A stretch of 64,000 nt of DNA from Callorhinchus milii (GCF_018977255.1 NW_024704742.1:16432001-16496000); one strand, 5' to 3'. Positions 49,399 through 62,454 are shown, counted from the first letter of the stretch. Numbers and translations: made by a program. Notes: generated by a model not told the origin, from the letters alone.

Positions 49399-50601
49399 CC
49401 AGCCGTCTGTGAAAACTTCCATACAGTCAAAGTCTTCATCAAGGTCCAATAAGAGAACTTACATAATGTTTTCAGCAGCAACTATTCCCTTAAGATGAGT
49501 TAAGATTAAGGTGAGTTAAAAAAATCACCACAGGTGATTTTGTCTGAACCCATAGCCAAGTGATGACATTTTGTACTGCGAATAGCATGGTGTTGACATG
49601 CTTTCTGTGTGAGGTGTTAAGATACTTCAACATTGGTCTCCCAAGAGGTTACAGACTAGCTCAGCCAGTGTGTTGATCCGAACAACCTTACTGCTGAATC
49701 CAGAACTCACAGACATAAATAAGTATTCCTTTTGCAATCTTAGAAGACAGAGACATATGTCTCAGGCTTACTGTTTTCCCAAGAGTAGGCTGCAGATCAA
49801 GAAGAATTCTTTTTATTTTCTTTGCAATGTGCTTTACCCAAATCTGGGCAGAACGTTAAACAGTATGTGGTTATTTGTTGCAGCTGAAGAGGACAATGAC
49901 TATTTCTATTTGTTTAAATCTGAGGCAGGATCCTTTGCCTCTTCCAGCTGAGGTTTCGTGGGTAATATTTCCACAGACTCAAATAATTGCTTGAATTTTG
50001 TCTTAGTAATTATTTCAATGCATCTTGGTTATTTATCTCTGTGGGCTTAATTTAGGTCCAAGCTATTACAATATACAATACAATTTTACAGCTTTATAGC
50101 ATTACATTTCATGGCAGGTGGATGTCCCAAAGTGCTTACCAGTACTGGTAGGGTACGTGAGCTGGGGGTGGGAGCTAAGAGGGAATGGGAAGGGGAAAGA
50201 TGGCCGAAAGAGGTAGGTCTTGAGAGCGAGAACTAGGCAAGGAAGGGACCGAGTTGGAAAGACCCCAGGATGGAATTCCAGAGAATAATAAAAATAATTT
50301 TTGCATTTGATATACTGCCTTATTACGACATTGAGCCGCTTGAAGGGTTTCACAGGATAAACTGTGCATTTTGTGGGAGAAACACGGCAGACAGTTTGCA
50401 TGCAGCAATGTCCCACAAACAGCCAGGGATTGAGTGTCCAATTTTATTTGAGTGATTTGTTGGGAGAACTCTGTTCTCTTTTCAAATAATGCCATTGGAT
50501 TAATGCCATTGGATCTTTCACTTCCACTCGAACAGGCAGACGGGATCTTGGTTTAATGTGTCGCCTGAAGGACAGCATTTAGCACTGTATTGGAGTATCA
50601 G

Positions 50602-50905
50602 TGGGGAGGGAGCAGAGAGGGAGAGCAGGAGAGCAGGGAGGGGAGAGAGCAGCGAGGGAGAGCAGGGAGGGTTTGAAAGCAGAGAGGGAGGGAGAGCAAT
50701 GAGGGTGGGAGAGCAGTAAGTGGGGGGAGAGCAGTGAAGAAGATCAGCGAGGGGGGAGAGCAGCGAAGGAGGGAGAACAGCGAGGGGGGAGTGCAGAAAT
50801 GGAGACCAGCAAGGGAGGGAGAACAGCGATGCGGGGAGAACAGTGAGGTGGGGAGAACAGTGAGGTGGGGAGGACAGCGAGGTGGGGAGGACAGCGAAGG
50901 AGAGT
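50602..50905 (+). repeat. GA-rich degenerate tandem repeat (units like GAGGTGGGGAGAACAGT)
   Basis: Purine-rich repeated motifs visible directly in the sequence. Confidence 0.8.
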
Positions 50906-50944
50906 GCTGGGCTGTCTAAGTGGGTGTGATGAAGTTATTTTAGG

Positions 50945-52665
50945 GTCAAGCATTGCTTTCCTTACGGACATTAACGGTCATCTTAACAACCTCAATTCAC
51001 GCTTGCAAGGAGAGGATTGCCTTTTTCCAACTCTATTTAATTAAATTTCAGCTTCCAAGGCCAAGCTTAACCTTTGTTTGAATGTTTTTTGTCTCGAAAA
51101 ATCTTGGATGGCTTTGTTCACTTGCAACAGTTAAAAAGTGACAGTAACATCATCATTAATTTTGAAAAATATCAGAACGTGATTTCTTCACTAATTAATT
51201 CCTGGGATGCCTGTTTTCAAAATTTTAAAGAAGACAAAGACATATTGCACTTTTCACCAACCTTTTCTCTTTTTCAGACACTGAGGTTGAATATTATCCA
51301 CCAGAAATGCAGTTGGAAATTTTGGAACTTAAAAATCATTCAGGCCTACATAGCAAATTCAAAGTACTGTGTGCTTCTCCAGTAAGCCAGGACTTGAAGT
51401 CGTTTTGGAAATTAGTTCCTAAGAGTGATTTTCCTAAATTGCATTACCATGCTCTTCAATATGTATGCAGATTCAAATCAACCTATACCTGTGATCAGTC
51501 CTTTTCTGCCATGAACTTCATAAAAAATAAATACTGTTTCAAACTAACAGATGATCACCTTAATAATTTTGGTAACATATCCGCAAACATGAGGTCAACT
51601 TCCACATGTATGCAGATGATACCCAACTATACCCCTCTGCCTCCACCCTTGCCTCCAGGACCACTGCTGTGCTGACAGAATGTCTGTCGGACATCAAGTT
51701 CTGGATGAGACCTAACTTTCTTCAGTTGAATGTCAACAAGACCGAGGCTCTCCTGATTGGCTCCCGTCAGCACCTCCACACCTCAGGCGCTGACAGCATC
51801 ACCGTCCATGGTTACACACTACACCTTACTAAGCCAGTCCGGAACCTTGGGGTCTTGTTTGACCCTCAACTATCCTTTCTACTCCACATCTGCGCCATGA
51901 CCCACTCTGCCTTCCCCCCACCTCTGCAACATCGCCCGGCTCCGCCACTGTCTTACGCCACAGGCCACCAAAACCATACACGCTTTCATTACATCGAGGC
52001 TTGACTGTGCAAACTCATTGCTTGTCAGCCTCCCCAACTCCTCCCTCCATAGGCTGCAGATCATTCAGAACGCTGCAGCCCGTGTCCTCTCCCGCACCAG
52101 GCGTGACCCTATTACCCCCATCCTCACCTGACTCCACTGGCTTCCCATCACACAGAGCGTACAATTCAAGATCCTGGTCCTCACCTTCAAAGCCCTTCAT
52201 GGTCTTGTTCCCTCCTACCTCTGCAACTTCCTCAGCCCCTACCATCCTGCTCGCTGCCTCCACTCAGCAGGCTCCAGCCTGCTTTACGTCCCCAGCTGCG
52301 CTCACCCCACTATTGGCGGGTGGGCATTCTGCCAATTTGCACCCACCTTCTGGAACTCCATCCCGCAGTCCCGCCACCTCGCCACCTCCTTTGCCTCCTT
52401 CAAGACCCATCTCAAGATCCTCCTCTTCAACCATGCTTTCAATCACCCTGCCTTCTACCCTCCCCGATTCCGACCCCCAGCTCGGGTCCAAAACTCTGTC
52501 TGTCCAACGCCTTGGGACGTCCTCCTGACGTGAAAGGTGCTATACAAATGTAATTTTGTTGTTGTTGTTGTAATCATCTTCTACTCGTGTGCTCAAAACC
52601 GAATCCAAATATTGAAGATATTATGGACAAGAAACAAATTCAGAAGCCTCATAAAGTAACTTGTT
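50945..52665 (+). pseudogene. hAT (Buster/Charlie/SPIN, GTF2IRD2-like) transposase C-terminal remnant, interrupted by an L2
   Basis: AFLTDINGHLNNLNSRLQG and QLEILELK...FWKLVPKSDFPKL...FKSTYTCDQSFSAMNFIKNKY...LTDDHL. It resumes after the L2 as PNIEDIMDKKQIQKPH. A TIR-like end AAAAGGTTACCCTCCACTG finishes at 52818. Confidence 0.88.
51568..52570 (+). mobile_element. L2 LINE 3' fragment (same subfamily as 41568-43398)
   Basis: MYADDTQLY, FLQLNVNKTEALLIG and RNLGVLFD, with a stem-loop and (TTG)n tail. Confidence 0.95.
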
Positions 52666-53459
52666 TGATATTTTATTGTGAATTTCTTAATAAATGCATC
52701 TTTCTTTCCCAGTAATATTCTTCTTTTCTTTTTAATTATATTGTTTTTTTTTAGTTGCACAGCGATATGTCTTGAGCTGACTCTGTGGCACACCTTAGCA
52801 AAAGGTTACCCTCCACTGACTTAGATTGTGTGATTCCAAGTTCCGACGTGGGGCTTGAACCCACAGCGTTTGACTCAGAGGGTATGCGTGCTGCCACTGA
52901 GCCAGGCTGACACACCATGGGGCTAGATAGCCCGAAAGCCTCTCCACCAATGGTGGGGTTGGGAGGCGGAGGTCATGAGGCAAGCTGATGCCTGTTGGAT
53001 TTTGCATCATGTAGTGCATTTCCAAGAGGTAGTGAGAGAAATCATTTTTGTCAAATAAAATGCCTCACCGAGTTGGCTGAATGCTTTTAATTCTTGTTTT
53101 TCACAAAATGTGACAGTCATGACATATCCTGACTTGTTTACATTTGGAATACGGACAAGGGTGTCCTGGTGAGATGTTTTGATTAGTCAATGGTGGTGGG
53201 GAGAGGAAAATTTTAGGAAAACATGGTTGGGGTGTGTACAAATCTGTTTTTCAAAATCAAATATTTTTCAGTGGAATGAAAAATGTGTTTATCAACATAT
53301 GCTTATCAACCTACGCTGCGGGAATTGGTAGGTTAATGGAAAATTAAATGGAATACCTCAAGAGCTGGTTGTGAATATATATTGTATCCTGCCACATATT
53401 AACATGACCCCAAAGAACCTTTTCCCCTTCCTCCAAAATTAGAAGTGAGAAAATTGACA

Positions 53460-53657
53460 TAAATAAATAAAAATAATAATAATTTGGTCACTTAATCTAA
53501 GACTGTTTGTGGGACACTGCTGTGTGTAATTGACTGCTGCGTTTCACCCACAAAAGTATACAGCCAATTCACTTTACAGTATATTCTGTGAAGCGCTTTG
53601 AGACTTCTCGAAGATGTGATAAGGCGTTATATCAAATGCAACGGTTATTATTATTAT
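53460..53657 (+). mobile_element. Family A SINE 3' half
   Basis: GACTGTTTGTGGGACACTGCTGTG through to the tail. Confidence 0.88.
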
Positions 53658-54904
53658 ATTTTTGGTCAACTAAGTGTCTGATACAGGGAAAACAATTATC
53701 AAACCTTCACAATTGCTCTGCGATGCTCCCCTGCGTGAGGAGTACTATATAAATACAAATTATTGTTGTTATTATCAGTCTTAAGAGTTTTGCATACTTA
53801 CCAAGATTAATGCCTAAATACTAGAACATTGGAATCTACCATGCACTCTTTGTACACATGTAAACATATCTATTTTTGATGTGCTATGTGTACAGAGGGT
53901 ATTACAGGTGCCCTTATTACAAATATTGCTTTACCCTGATTAATTTTCATATTGAACTAAGTGTCTGCCTGACCTTTGTAAGCTCTGTGCACTGTATTTT
54001 TCAGCAGACACTGTTGTTGATTGTTTATTCTGTGTGAACGTGTTGCGCTAAATTATTACTTGTTGAAGAGCAGTAAAGTGTGCGTTATTTACTACCTTGT
54101 GCTGAATACAAATAATCACGAGACAAGAGACAAGATTAATTCTAAAAGCAATAATAGGAGAAGTAATTGAAGCTTCACTCTACTTTGCCTGACAGTTAAA
54201 TGTTCCAAAACAAATCAAGTAATAAAAATCTAAATCTTTCACCCTTCTCTTGCTCTTTTCAAAACATCTCAGCATCAGTTCTTCTTTGCCATACCTTTGC
54301 CAATCTCAATATTTGTCATTTGTTTTATGTCTCTTCAGCAAACTTTAATTAAATAATGTCAGATTTACTTACACAATAAATCACCTGACAAATGTTCCTG
54401 GTGGGTAAATCAGTCTTGGGAGGAAAAATCCAAATAGAAGCTTACTCTCTGTGCCATTTCTTGAGGATAACTCTTGCTATTTCCTTGCCTGATGAAATCT
54501 AATTGTCACTTGCCATGCACTGGTACCACTGGTAATATCAGGACTGTCAACACTAGAATTATTATATGGAATTGCATGTAAATGTATAAAGTAGAATCAG
54601 AATAGTATTGCTGCAGTTTACCTTATGATGTTCTATTATTAAATGTATTAAAACTCTATACACTGTGGCTTTTGAGTGTTATAGTGACTGTGTGTTTAAT
54701 GCAAATTATTTTTTCCATATATCTATTAAAATAAACTAATAAGCTTTCTGAAGGACTTTTTTTCATGTTATACGTGAGTGTTCTCTCCCACACCAGGTGA
54801 GCACACCTATTATTCTAATCTTCACCAAGCTTCACTAGCTAATAGACAGCAGATGGACTTGAAAATTGCCTACTTTTAATTCCCTTCATGGTTTTAACCC
54901 TTAT

Positions 54905-55283
54905 GGAGTCCTGTAGTTTAGTGGTTAGAGCTTTCGCCTCGCAAGCGAGAGGAAGTGGATTTAATTACAAGGCATGGCGAAATGTTAGGCAAGTTTCCTT
55001 ACTCCACATGCTTCTATTTACCTAGCAGTAAGTGGGAACCTGGTTGTTAGTCGATTGACGGATTGCTTTTCCGGGGTAATAATCCCTTCAAAAAAATGAA
55101 TAATAATAATTTGGTCATTTTCAATCTACGACTGTTTGTGGGACATTGCTGTGCACAATTGGCTGCCGCGTTCGCCCACAAATATACAGTCAATTCACTT
55201 TACAGTCTATTCTGTGAAGCGCTTTGAGACATCTAGAAGATGTGAAAAGCTCTATATCAAATGCAAGGATTATTATTGTTATT
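54905..55283 (+). mobile_element. Family A SINE (long variant), full length
   Basis: GGAGTCCTGTAGTTTAGTGGTTAGAGC head through to the tail. Confidence 0.92.
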
Positions 55284-55414
55284 ATATATGTTCAGCACTT
55301 TTTGATGTTCATCCTACATCTGTTTATAAATCTTCCAGGTGTTTTGCAAAACTGTGGCTACTTGAAATTTGATTAGTTAATAATAATTTGAAAATTAATT
55401 AACTACAGGTTTGT

Positions 55415-55537
55415 ATAAGACCTTTCTTTTCAACCACGCCTTTGGTCACCTTCCTCCCCCTCCCTCTGAATCGGTCCAGGGATCCGTTACTGTAAAGCGC
55501 TCTGAGACGCCGTCCGGCGTGGAGGGCGCTATATAAA
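55415..55537 (+). mobile_element. L2 3' end (second subfamily)
   Basis: Matches 46165-46270. Confidence 0.85.
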
Positions 55538-55852
55538 TAATAATAATAATAATCCTTGCATTTGATATAGCGCTTTTCACATCGGGAGGATGTCCCAAAG
55601 CGCTTCACAGAACATACTGTAAAGTGAATTGACTGTATATTTGTGGGCGAACGCGGCAGCCAATTGCACGCAGAAATGTCCCACAAACAGTCATGGATTG
55701 AAAATGACCAATTTATTACTGTTTTGTTTTTTTGGAGGGATTATTATCAGGCGTGTGGAATAAGAAAATTTGCCCAAGGTTTCGCCCTGCCTGGAATTGA
55801 ACTCAGGTCTCTCGCTTGCAAAGTGAGTGCTCTAACCACTGAGCTACAGGAC
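55535..55852 (-). mobile_element. Family A SINE (short variant), full length
   Basis: Highly similar to 8-324. Confidence 0.92.
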
Positions 55853-56779
55853 AACAGTTGCTGTTATTAATTATTTATATCATGTGTGAATCTATGTTAA
55901 CAATAGTAATCATTAAATTTTAATACTATGCCTATAATGTAAAAATGTTTCTTACTACTTTAAAGGTAATTGCTGGCAAGTGCAGTGATTGGGCAACCAA
56001 ATTCAACGAAGATCGATCACCGTGGAAATTTAGCCAGAGCAGAACAATTGCAGTTATGAAGAAGTGTTCCATGTATTGCACGCATTTGTCATCACCAAGC
56101 TACAATGACTTAATTCAGTGTGAAACAAGATCCACTCTGTAGACTTTCCCTGACCTACATCCATCTTTTGTTGGTCGATTATGAAGCATTATAGCTAAGA
56201 TCATCATCCGCTCAATTTATGCTGCCTTTATAATTGTTCCCCCCTTGCATGACTTTTTGCAGACATACTCGTTTCATATCATATATATATATATCTATAA
56301 TATATATATATACTAGTATTTGAATATGTCAACTCTACACCAACAACAGTGGCGAGGGTAACAATGTTATTGTACTTGCAAAAGATACACCCAGCGTTTC
56401 TTGTGGGAAAAGTGTCCATTGTTTTTCTATCTATAACATGAGGCTGTGGTGGTAGAGGCACCAATAATTTTCATTTGCATAGTATCCTAATGTGGGGTAT
56501 TGTCTCAGAGCACTGAAGAAGGAGAGGCAAATACTGCTTCTATAGCTTAGCAGGAGCAACTGCATGAACAGGCAAGATTTAGCTGTTTTTTTTTGTTTTC
56601 TAACATGTTTAGAGATTGCTTGAGCTGATCTGGCAAAGTGGATTTTTGAGGTAAAGTTTACTATACACTGTTAAGGAGATTGTCGAGAAGTATTTTCTTG
56701 CCCTAAAGTTTGCTAGAAATGTGTGTTTTCTGGGGTAAGGAGGTAGTTGAGAGTCTGCAGGTCTAATAATATTAAATCT

Positions 56780-56950
56780 ACCGTACAATCTCCCTCATTC
56801 CTCAGCCTTCAGCAGAGGTACAAAAACAAAGAAGAACTTCCAGAGTTAATAGACCAATTTAGAGAAACAGATATTCAATCAGGCCTATTATATCCTGCCA
56901 AGCTTGAATTACACTCAATGAGAAACCTGTGAGTTTCACACATATGAAGC
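56780..56950 (+). mobile_element. Decayed L1 ORF1p C-terminal fragment
   Basis: Frameshifted SAEVQKQRR..., FRETDIQSGLLYPAKL and ITLNEKPVSFT; the LLYPAKL motif is typical of L1 ORF1. Confidence 0.6.
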
Positions 56951-57214
56951 CATTGCAAAATAAGAGAAGCTTAAAGAGATATTGAGAATTAAGCCTTTGC
57001 ACATATCTAAATAAAGAACCTAAGCCCTGCCAGGAAATTTGACGAAATGTTAATTGATTTCTTTCTTTCCTTTGCAGTTGGCAGTAAGATAATTCCATAA
57101 TGACACCATGGAAGCTAGATGTTGTTTTAACCTTCAGACAAGACATTTCACTGGCAGTAAAATAATATGTGGAGTTTAATTATAACAACACTGAATTTAA
57201 GTAGTCCCCCATTC

Positions 57215-57627
57215 TCTTGTTAAGGCAATGAGTCATACTGGAATACAATTCCAGCTGCCCACAGCCCTCCCAAGTAGTTCTTAATATGTGAGTTGAGGCT
57301 ATTAAACCATGGGGGAGGAAGGGTGGCATCACAGTTAATCCTGATCCTTTTCTTTGAGACTCTCATCATACATGAAAGGCATTACGTAAATGCAGTTGTA
57401 CTCACCAAATGTCAAAACATGCACCATTTTGAGCATTGACAATAACAAGCAGCAAGAATCCTGATTTTTTTTCATCTTTCTAATTCAGGGATACTGAGGC
57501 CAATTGTAGTGCTCTACTGTTTCCGCCACTGAAATCAGTTAAATCAGCCCAGATTGGCTAAAATGTGTCACCTTCCAGATATGTACGACTCATTATCAAA
57601 CAGTATCGATTCACTGAGGCATCAGGG
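57215..57627 (-). mobile_element. AmnSINE2-like ancient SINE
   Basis: The reverse complement has CACTACAATTGGCCTCAGTATCCCTG, ACTGTGATGCC and ATGGTTTAATAGCCT, matching my recollection of AmnSINE2. Confidence 0.65.
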
Positions 57628-58884
57628 CAGTCCCAATCCATACACTTTTTTACGGATATTTTTTCACTGACAGGAAGATTGACTTTCACCTGGCTCTAGA
57701 TTGACTTTGTTAACGTAACATTTCAGAGCGTCCAGAATTTAGCAATTTTTTTAACACAGCCTTAGCTTTGAATCCAGTTTTCTGCAGTTCTTAAACGAAC
57801 TCATTGCTGCAACATATTTGAGATTGCACTGATCAATGATTTTTATTTAGTGTGTTAAACTTTCACAACTAAACAAATCCTCAAAATAGGATAAATTTTA
57901 AACATATATATCTGCTGATGGGCGACTTTGCACACTTTGCGTTGTGTATAGATTACTGCAAAGAGAAGCATTCAGATTATTTGTCAGTTTGAATACTGTC
58001 ATTCAGATTTGTGGTGGTGAATTGTGTTCAGTACTTTTTCAATATTAGCAAAGCTGAACTCTGATTACAAATAGTCAGTCACAAAGCTAAAACCTTTAGA
58101 ATGATTGTCTCACTGGCCTTGACGAAAGCTCTTTTTTAGACTTAGTAAGAATATTTAACACAAAAGCATTATGTCTCAAAGTTGTGAATATGTCTGAATG
58201 CAGTCACGTGGCCAACAAGCTGGAACAAATGTTTTTGTTTGGCTACCTGGTTTAAATTGATAAATCCCTCCATTATGAACTGGATGTTAAGATGGAACCT
58301 TTGCCCAACTGCGAGTAAAACGCCAATGTTTGTAAGTCCAGAAGTAATGTGCAACCAAGCATAGAGGCACATTGGAGCACTGAAGTGACTGGACCAGCAC
58401 TGTTCTTGAAGACAAAGGTAGGTATAATTAGTTGTATCCTCTTGAGGTATAACTCTGGAGCAGCCTGGGGGCAAATAACAGATGTAGGCACCATAACCAT
58501 AATAGAGCAAAGCAGCACAAAGTAACTGCCGGTTGATGTTAGTTCCTAGCAGTTCAGTTTACTTATTTTTCGAGTGGCGTCTGTTTTCCCTTTAGAAAGA
58601 ACTTGTATTGTTACACATTGAAATTTACAAAGTACTGTTTTCGTTGATAAACTCTGCAGTTTTTTTGAGTTAGTAAGGCTTCACCACGTGTTCACCACAT
58701 CTCCCAGATACCAAAGCAAATTTGGACTGATGCTCCTATGTATTCCAACGATATTTGTAGAGTAGTGCAGAGCCATAATATTGCACTCATGTCCCACTGA
58801 ATAGCCCAGGTTCAAGATGGTGAATGCAGAGTACAAGATCCACAAAGTGATTCTGCCACCCCTACAAGATTGTCTGCAGACAAG

Positions 58885-59055
58885 CATAGGTAAGCAGAAT
58901 GTGTCCCTGTACGGAGAGATGCACATCCCCTTCCAGGGAAATTTCAGTGTGTAGGTGGTTTACATATATGGAACTCTTAGTCTGGTTTGGGTACTCTTAG
59001 AGCATGTTGATGGGTTTCTCAATGTGTTAGACATCCAGCTGACCCCCAAAAAGAA
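58885..59055 (-). mobile_element. Arm of the long-TIR element family
   Basis: GGTAAGCAGAATGTGTCCCTGTACGGAGAGATGCACAT...GACATCCAGCTGACCCCCAAAAA aligns with the reverse complement of 11040-11190 and with 12020-12192. Confidence 0.72.
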
Positions 59056-59744
59056 AAGCCGTTATAGTTCACCATTTGAAAACATTTACTGCTGTGTTTG
59101 ACACTTGCCGGAAATCTGGAAACTGGTATTAACACTAAACGGTCCCTTGCTGCTTTTGGTATGATATTTCTCCTCATGGTAATTGGGTGGCAACATTCCT
59201 GGGCTTCCAGTTGTCAGACTCTAAACTTTACAACATTAATCCATTCAGAACCAGATAAATGGTCCTGGACAAGAACAAGCCCTCAAAAGAATTCATATGA
59301 GCAGAACAAATTCACAATATAAACCATACATTTTCCACTCAACAAGTTTAGCAACTAAAAAAGATGAATGTTGCTGGTACATTATGATGCAATGACCAAA
59401 AGCATCAATTTCTTTGTAACGAAGAGGCGACGGAATCCAACACAACTTTTTGTTTACAAAACCAGCTTTGTCTGAGATAACAGGAGACAGCAGAATGAAA
59501 GTTGTTGTGGAAGTGACCACTTCTGGAACAAAGTTCCCACAGGTCAAAAGGTAATTTCAGTGGAATTTGTTATTAGAAAGTATAGACTAGTATATTCCAA
59601 TCCAGAACAAGACTGATTAGTAGTGACTACATATACACCTGTACATCTTCTATAAACTTCCTATGGCGGTTTACTCAACAGATTCATTTTGGAAAATCCT
59701 CAGTCACAAAGGCTTTCATTCTGCAGCCAACTTCTGTTTTCTCA

Positions 59745-59971
59745 GACACCAGGAGAAACTTTGTTCTGTTTCGAATAATCCCATGGGATCTTTTATAGTC
59801 TATCTGAACAGACAGATGGGACCTCGGTTTAACATCTCATCTCCAACAATACAGCGCTCTCCAAGCATTGCATTGAAATGTCAGGCTGGACTGTGAGTTC
59901 AAAGTCCCAACATGGGGCTTGAACTCATAACATTCTGAGTGAGAGTGCTACTGACTGAGCCAGGTTGACAC
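59745..59971 (-). mobile_element. Deu-SINE 5' two-thirds
   Basis: CCCATGGGATCTTT, GGGACCTCGGTTTAACATCTCATC and GGGGCTTGAACTC...CTGAGCCAGGTTGACAC. Confidence 0.82.
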
Positions 59972-62454
59972 TAGTCTGCCATCACAAATACTGGTGAATC
60001 TCATTGCAGCAATTATTTTTAACAAGGTAATACCCCAAGTTTTTTTTATTTGACTATTAATTCAGAACAGAAATTATGGGTGCTCTATGGCACTTGCTAA
60101 AATAATGCAGTGGAGGATGGTGATCCATCTTTAAAAAAAATTTCAACTATGTTGAAAACTACTGAAGCATGTTCTCAACAGGAGCTCAATGATTAATGTT
60201 TCACTTAGAAACTAGGATGGGTCACATACAGTACAATCAATAGGTAACATAACTTAATATCTAACACAATTCCCTAAATGATACCACAGGCATTGCTCCA
60301 TGAGGCAGGCAGCCTCTTGCTCTGTTCAGTACTAACTACAGTTGGCTTCATCAATTTGAAACAAGGAAAGATTAATGCACCCTTTGTGGCATGAGACTTA
60401 GTTATACATCAGACTGCTGGTAAAACTCAGCCCAGAGAACGAATTTCATCTTGTAATGACCTTGACTAGTGATACAAACAATTAATTTATCCCTGTTCTC
60501 CTTGTCAACATTCCTGATTCAAATGAAGGTAACAATTAATAGCTCCTGGCCTCTTGACTCTAACAATTTATTATAATACAGTACACATTATTCTCTTTTG
60601 CTTTGGCCTTCAGAGTTCAAATATGCGAGGTAGTCAAAACTTTGTCACATGTTTTATGAATCATTTTTGCACAATCTATCCATTTACTCAGATAAATTAA
60701 TTGAGTCACAGAATAGTTTTCGGGAACAAGAACTCTACCCATTAAGAAGATCACATAAATTCAATTTCCTATAGAAACACTGTTAAAAGCAACTTAATAA
60801 AAAAAAGTTTGCTACATTTTTACTCTACATTTTATGCATAATTGATGTACTACCTTGAATTTATAAGCAGTAAATGTCCATCATTTATATTCAGCGCTAT
60901 CATAAAAATGTATTATTCTCCACCTATTTGCCAATTACATTTTTGATAAATTAGATAATAGATGCTTCATCTACTTCAATTGCCACACAAAAAGTAATGT
61001 GCTCTGATGGAGAAAAATGGATACTGCTTTTCAGAAGAATCTGAATACTTCTTCATTCTTTATCAGGACGAATAATATGTGTTCTTTACTGCAATAGAAC
61101 TATTAAGGTGACATATTCAACAATGGTGAACGTCTGCAGAAAGCTAGGGTTTGAGTTTTATGATCTCCAATGGATACCTTATAGCATCATCGCTATACAA
61201 CGGGAAACAAATTAATAAGATAGTCCCAAACACAACTGATTTCTACAGCTGACTTCTATATGGCAAAATGTGTTTTTGTCCAACAAACCATTCATGTACC
61301 TTTTCAGTCAGTTAAAGTGCTTAATTATTAATGTCTGCAACAATCCACAAGTTAGAGTAGACTTGTTGACACATCGCTAGGTTAGTAATACAGTAGTGAT
61401 TAAGAAATCAGGCACCTCATGGAATGCAGAACAATTACTGCATTGTATGGAGAATCTAAACATGCCACTATTGTTTAGTTTTGTAACACAAAGATCAATG
61501 AAGTGATATTTCTTAATGGGATTTCCTATTTGCGAAATTAGTCCAACTCATAGGAACGTTGCTCTAACCTGGTTTAAATTTGGAGTAAGGTTCCTCTGAG
61601 CCAATGTGACTTTTGTGACTCACTCCTAGACATTGGAAGGGGTTTGTGTTCAGAGAAATCCTGTTCTGAATTACCACCAAATTGACCCCATTGTTTGATG
61701 CTACATTCTCTGAATAAGGTTTACACCAGTGAATACTTAATAAAATATTTGGGCAACACTAACAAAATGGAAATTGCTTGATTGGTTTAGAACATTGCCC
61801 TGATTTTTCCCAGCTTTGCTTTCAAGGTCCCTGGATATTCCTGTCAGAACAGAATGATGAATTACCACTCAAGGTTTAGTCGTGTTAAAGGTAAGCAGGG
61901 AACTAAAAGTACAAATTTGTGATGTTCTGAGGGTACTTCTCTTCCTCTATACTAAACCAATGTTGGAAGTCCAACTCCCACTTATGACTTTCACTTCCTC
62001 CAATGTAATGCAGTCACACCTCGTTGTGATGTTATAACATGGGTTCACTTATAGCTCAGTAGGGATGTGGACCCCAACATTTGCTTGCAAATACATCCAA
62101 AGTGAAGGCAAGAAGACTGGCTTCAAAAGGCTCGTCAGCTTCCAACACACTAAAAGAATCCTTTTTTCAGGTCATCAGATCAAAGGGGTAAGGGTCACTT
62201 CCTGTGGCCCAGAAGTCTACCTTTTTGGGGGGGATGCCGGCCAGCATGTGGGAAGTTACTTATACATACAGTACGCAGACGGGCTGACTGGCGACTGTGC
62301 CCCATTAAAATACTGGTTCAGATTTTATGGACCTTAAAAGTTTCACATTATCATATGGATTAATCAACACTACGTAGATACCATCAAATTACTGAAATCC
62401 TCTATAGCACAGCTTGCTTTATAACTGCTACTAAAATCTCTCAAAACACACAGT

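Larger units (their letters stand above)
50285..52913 (-). mobile_element. Deu-SINE split into 50285-50601 (3' part) and 52820-52913 (tRNA head) by a hAT remnant
   Basis: The two halves rejoin as ...TTGGAGTATCAG|CTTAGATTGTGTG..., matching other family B copies. Confidence 0.75.

Noticed and set aside
49555..49700. Possible C/D-box snoRNA (GTGATGA ... CTGA); similar motif near 63866-63966
   Set aside because: The spacing is long and there is no terminal stem or recognisable guide sequence.
58169..59550. ORFs of 80-113 aa and donor-like sites at about 58417 and 59549
   Set aside because: There are in-frame stops shortly upstream and no good acceptors, and they partly overlap the long-TIR repeat.
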